A stretch of 64,000 nucleotides of DNA from the NCBI GenBank assembly GCA_020027645.1, contig JAHKKM010000001.1, forward strand, positions 6,211-70,210, in the 5' to 3' direction. This DNA is from Pseudomonadota bacterium. GTDB lineage: Bacteria; Pseudomonadota; Gammaproteobacteria; Steroidobacterales; Woeseiaceae. The position numbers were made by a program, and so were the translations under genes. The notes beneath the pieces are model-generated. The model ran no database searches and had not been told where the DNA came from. It saw only the letters and a list, made by a program, of their open reading frames with translations. Below are positions 19,256-26,719 of the stretch, piece by piece; within the stretch, counting starts at the first letter, position 1, and every line of letters starts with the position of its first letter.

Positions 19256-20299
19256 TTAGTGAGACGCCGCGCTGGTCGCGGCGTTTTTTATTCCGCGTCC
19301 GACCGGCGCGGGTACCCCGTTGGCCTGTTGCAAGGCAAGCTCTGCCTGCTCCCAGTCAATTTCACCGGGTCGGCTGCTGGTCGCCACCACAAATTGTTCG
19401 GTGAGCGAGGTGAGCGCGTCCTTGACCGGGGCCGGTGCATCCTTCGGCAGACCGTCCGTAGCCGCTGGCACAGCCTCTACTGCTTCGACCGATCCCTGTT
19501 CGCTGTCAACCTCGGGCAAATCCAGGACTTCCAGCGTGCGGTGAACCTCGAGCACGAGTTCGTCGTCGTCCCAACCGATTTTCACCGGTTCATTGATGAT
19601 ACGCACCGGTGTGTTGACGCCTGCCAGGCCAAACAGATACTCGATATCTTCCGGATACATGCGAATGCAGCCGTGTGTTACCCGCATGCCGACGCCGGCC
19701 GGCCGATTCGTGCCATGAATGAGATAACCCGGCAGATCCAGCCGCATGGCATGCGCACCCAGCGGATTTTTTGGTCCCGGCGGCACCACACGCGGCAACG
19801 GATCACCGTCGGCGAGATGTTCCGCCAGCACTGATTCAGGGGGATACCAGCTGGGGTTCTTCGATTTCGCCGTTATCCGGGTCATTCCCAGCGGTGTCGC
19901 CCAATCCATGCGGCCAATGCTCATGGGCCAGGTCATGACCAGCGGCGCTGACCCCGCTGTTGGCTCCGGGAAGTAATACATTCGATATTCGGCCAGGTTC
20001 AGCACGATGCCATGACGCGGGACCGACGGAATAACATAGCGCGTTGGCAAGAGTATCTCGACATTCTCACCCGGCAGCCAGGGGTCCACCAGCGGGTTGG
20101 CCCGCACGATATCCTCGTAGCCAAGGCCGTGTCGCCGGGCAATATCCAGCAAGGTTTCTTCGACGCGAGCGCGAACGGTGGAAACGGCGCCGATGACATC
20201 ATTGCCGTCCGGAGGCAGCTCATAGACTTCCGCCTGCACCGCGGCGGACATGAATGCAATGGCAAGAATTCCGGCAGTGCGGCAGCCACGATTTTTCAT
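19256..20299 (-). CDS. L,D-transpeptidase (YkuD/ErfK/YbiS family)
   Basis: Catalytic block IHGTNRPAGVGMRVTHGCIRMYPEDIEYLF and an N-terminal signal peptide (MKNRGCRTAGILAIAFMSAAVQA). The ATG at 20299 overlaps the upstream GST stop (ATGA). Confidence 0.88.
   Translation of the reverse strand: MKNRGCRTAGILAIAFMSAAVQAEVYELPPDGNDVIGAVSTVRARVEETLLDIARRHGLGYEDIVRANPLVDPWLPGENVEILLPTRYVIPSVPRHGIVLNLAEYRMYYFPEPTAGSAPLVMTWPMSIGRMDWATPLGMTRITAKSKNPSWYPPESVLAEHLADGDPLPRVVPPGPKNPLGAHAMRLDLPGYLIHGTNRPAGVGMRVTHGCIRMYPEDIEYLFGLAGVNTPVRIINEPVKIGWDDDELVLEVHRTLEVLDLPEVDSEQGSVEAVEAVPAATDGLPKDAPAPVKDALTSLTEQFVVATSSRPGEIDWEQAELALQQANGVPAPVGRGIKNAATSAASH
19264..19292 (+). terminator. rho-independent terminator of the lpp-like gene
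   Basis: 8-bp GC stem acgccgcg/cgcggcgt with a 5-nt loop, then TTTTTTATT. It lies inside the last about 10 codons of the convergent L,D-transpeptidase ORF. Confidence 0.75.
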
Positions 20300-20946
20300 T
20301 TCCCGACCTCGTCTTGTTCGATGATTTCCGTTTCGGCTTCTGCCGCCGCCAGCCAACGCTTCATGGCCTTGCTTTCGAGCAATCTTGCAGGATACACACT
20401 TGCCGCCTGCGGCGGCCGAATGCCGTAGCTACGAAAGCGCAGCACCACCGGCGCATACATGGCATCGGCAACGCTGAACCGGCCAAAAAGCCAGTCCCCC
20501 TGTTTGCCGTAACGCTGCTGGCAATCCGACCAGATTGCGAAGATACGGTCGATGTCCGCCGTCACAGCGTCAGATAACGGTACTTTACGCCCCGTGGCGC
20601 GGCAATTCATAGGCATGGCGGCACGCAAGGCCGCAAATCCGGCGTGCATTTCAGCGCTGATCGAGCGCGCATGTGCCCGTGCCCGCGGGTCGTCGGGCCA
20701 CAGCTTCCGGTCCGGCCAGCGTTCCGCGACCGTTTCGGTAATCGCCAGAGAGTCCCAGACCGAGTAGCCCTCGAGTAGCAGTACCGGGACGCGGCCCGCT
20801 GGCGTGTACTTTTTCAACTCTGCCGCGGTACCGGGCAAATCCAGTGCGATTCGCTGTTCGTCAAATTCGATGCCGGCTTCCGCGAGTAGCAGCCAAGCAC
20901 GAAGAGACCACGAAGAGTAGTTCCGGTTGCCTATGACCAGCTTCAT
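20296..20946 (-). CDS. glutathione S-transferase family protein
   Basis: MKLVIGNRNYSSWSLRAWLLL is a typical N-terminus for this GST subgroup, with thioredoxin-like N and helical C domains. The ATG at 20946 is preferred over the GTG at 20952. Confidence 0.8.
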   Translation of the reverse strand: MKLVIGNRNYSSWSLRAWLLLAEAGIEFDEQRIALDLPGTAAELKKYTPAGRVPVLLLEGYSVWDSLAITETVAERWPDRKLWPDDPRARAHARSISAEMHAGFAALRAAMPMNCRATGRKVPLSDAVTADIDRIFAIWSDCQQRYGKQGDWLFGRFSVADAMYAPVVLRFRSYGIRPPQAASVYPARLLESKAMKRWLAAAEAETEIIEQDEVGK

Positions 20947-21137
20947 GTTCACAGCCTTATACTCACTTTGCGCTCCTGCATTCGGTTTGCGATCACCGTT
21001 GCGATAAACGTGGAATGCGGCATTTTACAGCGGTCCGGCTGCCGGGTCTGCGGCGATTCACGGAATTTGTGCCTGCATTGACCCGCTGGTGCTCTGTCGG
21101 TAGCCTTCCATCCCTGCAATCTGGGCGGAACGTCGTT

Positions 21138-21695
21138 ATGGGCATGAGATTCTCGCTGGAACTGAGTGACCGTGACCTGCGTTTTTTTCGCGACGCTTTG
21201 AGCAAAGCCAGGCGCGCAATGCGTGACGCCGAGGAATCGGAAATAATTGAAGCCATTGGCGACGTGCTTGCCGAAATCAAGAGTGAAGAGCCGTTGCCTG
21301 ATTTCGTAGCGAGGCGCATACCCCAACTCGAATCCATGCTGCGTATGTTGCAGGACGACGAATGGAGACTGCCATCCGAAGAGCGTGAACGTCTGCTGGC
21401 TACCTTCATTTACTTTGGTGACCCGGAAGACATACTGCCTGACCATATCCCGGTTATCGGTTACCTCGATGACGTCATCATGATTGAACTGGTGGTGCGC
21501 GAGTTGCGCCACGTACGGGAAGCGTATGACGATTTCTGTAATTTCAGGGACAAGTACGACACGAAAAGCAAGTCCCGATCCGACGCCGCAGTGCGGCGCG
21601 ACCGTATCGATCGCAAGCGTCAAGCTTTGCACCAGCGCATGAAACGGCGGCTGAAGAACGACAAGAAACTGCAGAAAAGGACAGCGCTCTGGTAA
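21138..21695 (+). CDS. DUF1232 (YkvA-like) domain protein
   Basis: Motif DILPDHIPVIGYLDDVIMIELVVREL, followed by a basic C-terminal tail. The ATG at 21138 was chosen. The antisense ORF 20949..21728 has no recognisable motif. Confidence 0.65.
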   Translation: MGMRFSLELSDRDLRFFRDALSKARRAMRDAEESEIIEAIGDVLAEIKSEEPLPDFVARRIPQLESMLRMLQDDEWRLPSEERERLLATFIYFGDPEDILPDHIPVIGYLDDVIMIELVVRELRHVREAYDDFCNFRDKYDTKSKSRSDAAVRRDRIDRKRQALHQRMKRRLKNDKKLQKRTALW

Positions 21696-21724
21696 GAGCG
21701 TGCCACGTGTGGCACCGGTACAGC

Positions 21725-22693
21725 TCAATAGCGCATCAGTATCGAGCCCCAGGTAAAGCCGCCGCCGAAGGCTTCCATCAGGATCAGTTGTCCGCGCTTG
21801 ATGCGACCATCACGAATTCCGACATCGAGTGCCATCGGAACCGATGCCGCCGACGTATTGCCGTGGTCCTGCACCGTCAAGATGACTTTCTCCATCGGCA
21901 AGCCAAGCCGTTTGGCAGTCGCCTGGATAATTCGCAGATTGGCCTGATGCGGGACCAGCCAGTCGAGATCGTCCTTGTCGATATTGTTCGCTTTCAGCGC
22001 CTGCTCGGCAACGTTACCCAGCGTCTTCACCGCTACTTTGAATACTTCATTGCCGACCATGATGATCTTCGAATCACCGACGCCTGCCTTGTGCAGGTCC
22101 TTGGACACGCCGACCGGATAATAGAGCAAATCCTTGTACTGACCGTCGGCGCCAAGATGACAGGAGATAATGCCCGGCTTGTCTGACGGTTTGACCACCA
22201 CTGCGCCGGCGCCATCGCCAAAAAGCACGCAGGTACTGCGATCATTCCAGTCGATCAGCTTGGTGATTATCTCTGCGCCGATCACCAGCGCGCATTTCGA
22301 CTCCCCCGCACGGATGAATTTATCAGCGGTGGTCAACGCATAGATGAATCCGGTGCAAGCAGCCTCGATGCTGAACGCCGGGCAGCCGCCAATTCCCAGG
22401 CGATGCTGGACAATGGTTGCTATGTTGGGGAAGACGAGGTCGGGTGTAGTGGTGCCTATGATCAGCAGGTCGATTTCTTCGGCAGTTACACCGGCATCCT
22501 TCAGAGCGATCTTCGCGGCCTCAAGGCAGAGATCTGAAGTTGTCTGGCCCTTGTCCGCCACGTGTCGCCGTTCGACACCGGTACGCGTGCGTATCCATTC
22601 GTCAGTCGTATCGACCATTTTCTCCAGATCGGCGTTGGTCAGGATGCGCTCAGGAAGGAATCGACCGGTTCCTGCGATTCTCGAATAAATCAT
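21725..22693 (-). CDS. fabH: 3-oxoacyl-ACP synthase III
   Basis: 322 aa. Blocks TSDEWI-like (TTDEWIRTRTGVERRH), the active-site region AACTGFIYAL, PHQANLRI and GNTSAAS. Confidence 0.95.
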   Translation of the reverse strand: MIYSRIAGTGRFLPERILTNADLEKMVDTTDEWIRTRTGVERRHVADKGQTTSDLCLEAAKIALKDAGVTAEEIDLLIIGTTTPDLVFPNIATIVQHRLGIGGCPAFSIEAACTGFIYALTTADKFIRAGESKCALVIGAEIITKLIDWNDRSTCVLFGDGAGAVVVKPSDKPGIISCHLGADGQYKDLLYYPVGVSKDLHKAGVGDSKIIMVGNEVFKVAVKTLGNVAEQALKANNIDKDDLDWLVPHQANLRIIQATAKRLGLPMEKVILTVQDHGNTSAASVPMALDVGIRDGRIKRGQLILMEAFGGGFTWGSILMRY

Positions 22694-23700
22694 GCGGCTT
22701 CCTGTTGCATAAAGTTACCAATCTGCGAAGGCACCTGGTTCTTGACTTCAACCAGTGCCGTATCGATAGCATGCTGAAACGCATATGCGTCCGCACCGCC
22801 ATGACTTTTGATAACAATACCATTTAGTCCGACCAGAGAGGCACCGTTGTAATTTCGGGAGTCCATTTCGACCCGCAGCCGCTTGAGCACGGGTGCCGCC
22901 AGAAATGCCTGAACCCTGGACAGGAAGTTTCGAGTGAAAGCACGTCGCAAATAATGTGAAGCGAGTCCTACGGTGCCTTCCATCGTTTTCAGAGCCACAT
23001 TGCCGGTGAACCCGTCGGCAACGACCACGTCGGCCTTGCCGGAAAATATTTCGTTGCCCTCGATAAAACCTATGTAATTGAGGCCGCTCGCGTTGAGCAG
23101 CGCCGCTGCGTCCTTGACCGTATCGTGCCCCTTGGTGTCCTCGACACCGATATTGAGAAGAGCAACTCGCGGACGCTCGATGTGCCGTATGTCGCCGGTG
23201 ACGATCGAACCCATGACAGCAAACTGGTACAGCTGCTGCGCATCACTGATGGTGTTGGCTCCCAGGTCCAGCATGTGAACTGTGCCGCCAATAGCAGGCA
23301 GCTCGGCGATGATGGCCGGTCGATCGATACCTGGAAGCATTTTCAATACGAATTTGGCGGTCGCCATCAGTGCACCGGTGTTGCCGGCACTGACGCAGGC
23401 TTCCGCTGCGCCATCCTTGACCAGGTCGATCGCCACACGCATGGATGAATTCTTTTTCCGGCGCAAGGCGTCAACCGGGGTCTCTGACATGCCGACCACT
23501 TCGCTGGCGTGATGGATGGTCAGCCGGTTGTTCGAGCCGATGATGCGGCTCACCATGCCAGTAAGAATGCCTTCATCCCCGACCAGAACGAGCCGCAGTC
23601 CGGAATGCTTTTCGAGACACACGGATGCAGCATGCACGACAACCTCGGGACCGAGGTCGCCGCTCATGGCATCAAGAGCGATAATTGAGTTTGATTCCAC
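22690..23700 (-). CDS. plsX: phosphate acyltransferase PlsX
   Basis: IALDAMSGDLGPEV, GFIEGNEIF, VVADGFTGNVALKT and IKSHGGADA. GTG start. Its stop overlaps the fabH ATG (ATGA). Confidence 0.95.
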   Translation of the reverse strand: MESNSIIALDAMSGDLGPEVVVHAASVCLEKHSGLRLVLVGDEGILTGMVSRIIGSNNRLTIHHASEVVGMSETPVDALRRKKNSSMRVAIDLVKDGAAEACVSAGNTGALMATAKFVLKMLPGIDRPAIIAELPAIGGTVHMLDLGANTISDAQQLYQFAVMGSIVTGDIRHIERPRVALLNIGVEDTKGHDTVKDAAALLNASGLNYIGFIEGNEIFSGKADVVVADGFTGNVALKTMEGTVGLASHYLRRAFTRNFLSRVQAFLAAPVLKRLRVEMDSRNYNGASLVGLNGIVIKSHGGADAYAFQHAIDTALVEVKNQVPSQIGNFMQQEAA

Positions 23701-23745
23701 GGAATCGTTCGGCCAGGCGCAAGCGCCGGCCTGAGACCGGGATTG

Positions 23746-23937
23746 CTACTCTTCGGTAACGTCTTCGGCTTTTGCGATGACTTGCTTGCCGCGATAAAAA
23801 CCATCCGGCGTCACGCGGTGCCGCAGGTGAGTCTCGCCCGAGGTCGGATCAACGGACAGCGCCGGAGCACTGAGCTTGTCATGTGCGCGCCGCATACCGC
23901 GGGTCGAAGGTGTCTTGCGACTTTTCTGAACAGCCAT
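23746..23937 (-). CDS. rpmF: 50S ribosomal protein L32
   Basis: [20 protein letters not shown] is the canonical L32 N-terminus. The ATG at 23937 was chosen. Confidence 0.95.
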   Translation of the reverse strand: MAVQKSRKTPSTRGMRRAHDKLSAPALSVDPTSGETHLRHRVTPDGFYRGKQVIAKAEDVTEE

Positions 23938-23984
23938 TGTTATCTCCATTCAACGATGACATCGGCGTGCCACCATGCTTGTGT

Positions 23985-24545
23985 CTAGTCCTGCATCTGC
24001 GACCGGAGGTCGGCAAACGGTCTGGTTACATCTTCGCGTTCCGCCGCCGCAGGGCCCACTTTCAGTTGGCAACTCTTGTCGTCTTCATGCCGCGCCACCA
24101 ACGGCAGGGCCATGATAAGGGTTTCCTCAACGATGTCGGCTGGCCGCAGCCATGCATCATCCAGTTCCCATATTTCGCAGCCCGGCGCCGTAACGCTGAC
24201 CTCGTCGGGACTGGCCAGCAGCAGGTTCAGCCCTTCCCGAACCGGGTATTCGAACGGCTGAAGACAACGCTGACAAACTGCCGCGACGCGCGCCTCCACC
24301 GTGCCTGTCACGCTAACGAATTCCCGCCGCCCACCGGCCCAGCCGAAGCGGAGTGTAATCTGTACCGGAAATTGCCGCCATTTGGCGAGCCATGACGGCG
24401 CTGCTGCCAGCTCCGCCTCGATGATCGCAGCAAGCCGCGGGAAACTTTCGATTTTCTCTTCGGTTTCAATAACTTGCTGTCGGTCCGCCAGCTCCGCCGG
24501 CGTGGCGCGTACTGTAAGCGGGCTGGCCATGGCGGGGCGCATCAT
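23985..24545 (-). CDS. yceD: YceD family (DUF177) protein
   Basis: Lies upstream of rpmF as in E. coli. C-terminal acidic/Cys motif CQRCLQPF...C. The start is uncertain (ATGs at 24545, 24542 and 24530). The longer ORF to 24680 would overlap the maf start. Confidence 0.75.
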   Translation of the reverse strand: MMRPAMASPLTVRATPAELADRQQVIETEEKIESFPRLAAIIEAELAAAPSWLAKWRQFPVQITLRFGWAGGRREFVSVTGTVEARVAAVCQRCLQPFEYPVREGLNLLLASPDEVSVTAPGCEIWELDDAWLRPADIVEETLIMALPLVARHEDDKSCQLKVGPAAAEREDVTRPFADLRSQMQD

Positions 24546-24674
24546 ATGTGCGAATTCCGGACCTGTCAAAGCGCCCGGCGGGGGCGGCGTTCTGTCAGGC
24601 GCAACATTTCGCAGGAAGGCAAGCCAGAAACTCGCTAGACTCAGGAAGAAAGATCTACAAGCTGCTGATATTCG

Positions 24675-25268
24675 ATGCAAAATCCTTCCGCACCGCCGAT
24701 CGTGCTGGCCTCCTCGTCGAGCTACCGACGCGGCCTGTTGGACCGATTCCTGAACGATTACGAATCCGTTTCACCCGAGCTGGATGAATCAGCCTGGCCG
24801 GGCTTGCCGCCGGAGGATCTCGCTCCGCTGCTCGCAAGGAAGAAGGCCGAGGTCGTATCCAGCAAGCATCGCAACGCGCTGGTGATCGGTGCCGACCAGC
24901 TCGCGGTCCTCGACAACCTGGTTCTCGGAAAGCCGGGCGACCATCAGCGTGCGGTCGAGCAGTTGCTTGCCGCCTCCGGCAAGGCAGTCCGGTTTCTCAC
25001 TGCGGTCTGCCTGCTGGATCCGGTCACACGCCGGCGCTACGAGCACGTCGATACGACGACGGTGCGCTTCCGCAGCTTCGACCGCCGCCTTGCGGAAAAC
25101 TATCTTCGCCACGATAAACCATACGATTGCGCAGGCAGCTTCAAGCTCGAAGGTGCCGGATTCGTGCTCTTCGAATCGGTCAGCACCGACGATCCCACTG
25201 CATTGATCGGCCTGCCGATGATCTGGCTCTCCGGCCGGCTGCAGGAACTCGGCTACCTGTTGCCGTAG
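24675..25268 (+). CDS. maf: Maf-like nucleoside triphosphate pyrophosphatase (YceF-type by context)
   Basis: IVLASSSSYRRGLL, GADQ, KPYDCAGSFKLEG.G and TALIGLP. Divergent from yceD as in E. coli and Pseudomonas. Confidence 0.9.
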   Translation: MQNPSAPPIVLASSSSYRRGLLDRFLNDYESVSPELDESAWPGLPPEDLAPLLARKKAEVVSSKHRNALVIGADQLAVLDNLVLGKPGDHQRAVEQLLAASGKAVRFLTAVCLLDPVTRRRYEHVDTTTVRFRSFDRRLAENYLRHDKPYDCAGSFKLEGAGFVLFESVSTDDPTALIGLPMIWLSGRLQELGYLLP

Positions 25269-26266
25269 GCGCCGGGTGCGACGGACGTTGGTACAGAGGT
25301 CGTTCGGTTCGACAGCCGGTTCAGAAACTTATCAAGGTCATCCGCAAGTGGCGCCGTAAAGTGCATTTCATTGCCGTGTTCATCGGGAAATGCAATGGAC
25401 TGTGCGTGAAGAAACAGCCGCTTCAGGCCGAGTTTCTTGAGCTGCGCATTGGCTGCCGCATCACTGTAGCGCTCGTCGCCGGCCAGCGGATGTCCGGCAT
25501 GCGCCGCATGTACGCGAATCTGGTGAGTTCGTCCGGTCAAAGGCTGACACTGCAACAGGCTGTACTGACTGAATGATTTCGACAGGCGGATGCGCGTCTG
25601 TGCCGGCTTGCCCTCGGGGCTGACAATGACATGTCGTTCGCCGCCCTGCCGATGCTGCACCAGCAGCGGCGCATCGATCAGCTGTGCGCCGTGTTGCCAG
25701 TCACCGAGGGCCAGTGCCAGGTAGTTCTTCTCGACCTTGCCGTCGCGAAACATCGCATGCAGCGTTCGAAGCGCACCGCGTCGTTTGGCCAGCACCAGGC
25801 AACCCGAGGTTTCGCGATCGAGGCGGTGCGCGAGCGACAGGTCCCGGAGTTCGGGCCGCGCACTCCGCAGTATTTCGATGGCCCCGAAACTCACACCGCT
25901 GCCACCATGCACTGCCATGCCAGCCGGCTTGTTGACCACAAGCATGTCACGGTCTTCGAAAAGTATGTTTTCGAGCAAGGTACGACCGGCTGCCGCGGGC
26001 GGAGTTTCGCCGTCATCGCTTACCCTGACCGGGGGGACTCGCACCTCATCGCCCGGCGCCAGTTTGTACTCGGCACGAACCCGGCCACCGTTCACCCGCA
26101 CTTCGCCGCGACGCAGTATCCGGTAAAGACGGCCTTTCGGCAGACCGGGTAATTCGCGGCGCAGGAAATTGTCAATTCGCTGGCCGGCCTGCTCCTCATC
26201 GATACGGATTTTTCGCACCCCGGTCTGGCGCATGCCGGGATCCAGCTCGCTTCGGGTCTCGTTCAT
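25253..26266 (-). CDS. rluC: 23S rRNA pseudouridine synthase RluC
   Basis: S4 domain (GQRIDNFLRRELPGLPKGRLYRILRRGEVRVNG) and catalytic HRLDRETSGCLVLAK and GRTHQIRVH. Divergent from rne as in E. coli. Start uncertain (26266 or 26233). Confidence 0.88.
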   Translation of the reverse strand: MNETRSELDPGMRQTGVRKIRIDEEQAGQRIDNFLRRELPGLPKGRLYRILRRGEVRVNGGRVRAEYKLAPGDEVRVPPVRVSDDGETPPAAAGRTLLENILFEDRDMLVVNKPAGMAVHGGSGVSFGAIEILRSARPELRDLSLAHRLDRETSGCLVLAKRRGALRTLHAMFRDGKVEKNYLALALGDWQHGAQLIDAPLLVQHRQGGERHVIVSPEGKPAQTRIRLSKSFSQYSLLQCQPLTGRTHQIRVHAAHAGHPLAGDERYSDAAANAQLKKLGLKRLFLHAQSIAFPDEHGNEMHFTAPLADDLDKFLNRLSNRTTSVPTSVAPGAYGNR

Positions 26267-26316
26267 TTCCGGGTCCGATTGATGATATTCAAGTAGCGTC
26301 AATGACTTATTTGGCA

Positions 26317-26719
26317 TTGCCGCAGCAGGATGCTGTGCTATATTACCCGCCCGTGAAGGCAGCAGGATGATTTTCCGTCTTATGTCGACACGTCGCGAAA
26401 GGCCGGCTAGCCCGGTCCGAAAGCAAATACGACTGAATTTCCGACACCGCCAGGAGCGAGGTCGGCCTCCAATTGGCAGCAAGCCCGGGTTTTCGGCATG
26501 CGCCAGAGCGGATTAACCGCAGGGTACACATGATTTATTTCCTGTTGAGCCTGATGATCGACCCGATCGGTGATCATCGGCCAGGCCAGAAGTCAGCATA
26601 CCGCTACATCGGCGCATCGCGCCGGTCGCAGCGACTTGCACCCATTCCCTGCCCCACCGCTCCGGCTACTCCACGCCAGATTCGATTGCTGCCCGTCTAC
26701 AACCTTGAAGCAGGGCATC
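26317..26719 (+). promoter_or_regulatory. putative rne promoter and long structured 5' leader
   Basis: TTGCCG (26317-22), 16 nt, then TATATT (26339-44), which predicts a leader of about 370 nt. The leader contains hairpins, for example gatgatc...gatcatc at about 26563-26588. The E. coli rne gene is known to have a long autoregulatory 5' UTR. This call is inference. Confidence 0.35.

Noticed and set aside
21696-21724. fabD-fabG-acpP-fabF are absent downstream of fabH. The yceD-rpmF-plsX-fabH string ends against a convergent DUF1232 gene.
   Set aside because: This is gene-order variation only. Those genes are presumably elsewhere, and nothing in the sequence suggests a deletion scar or a mobile element.
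25253-25268. 16-nt convergent overlap of the maf and rluC 3' ends. The rne and LMW-PTP stops are also only 6 nt apart (29378..29383), and the infA and clpA stops are 10 nt apart.
   Set aside because: Tight convergent packing without terminators is common in compact genomes. No specific structure or motif was seen.
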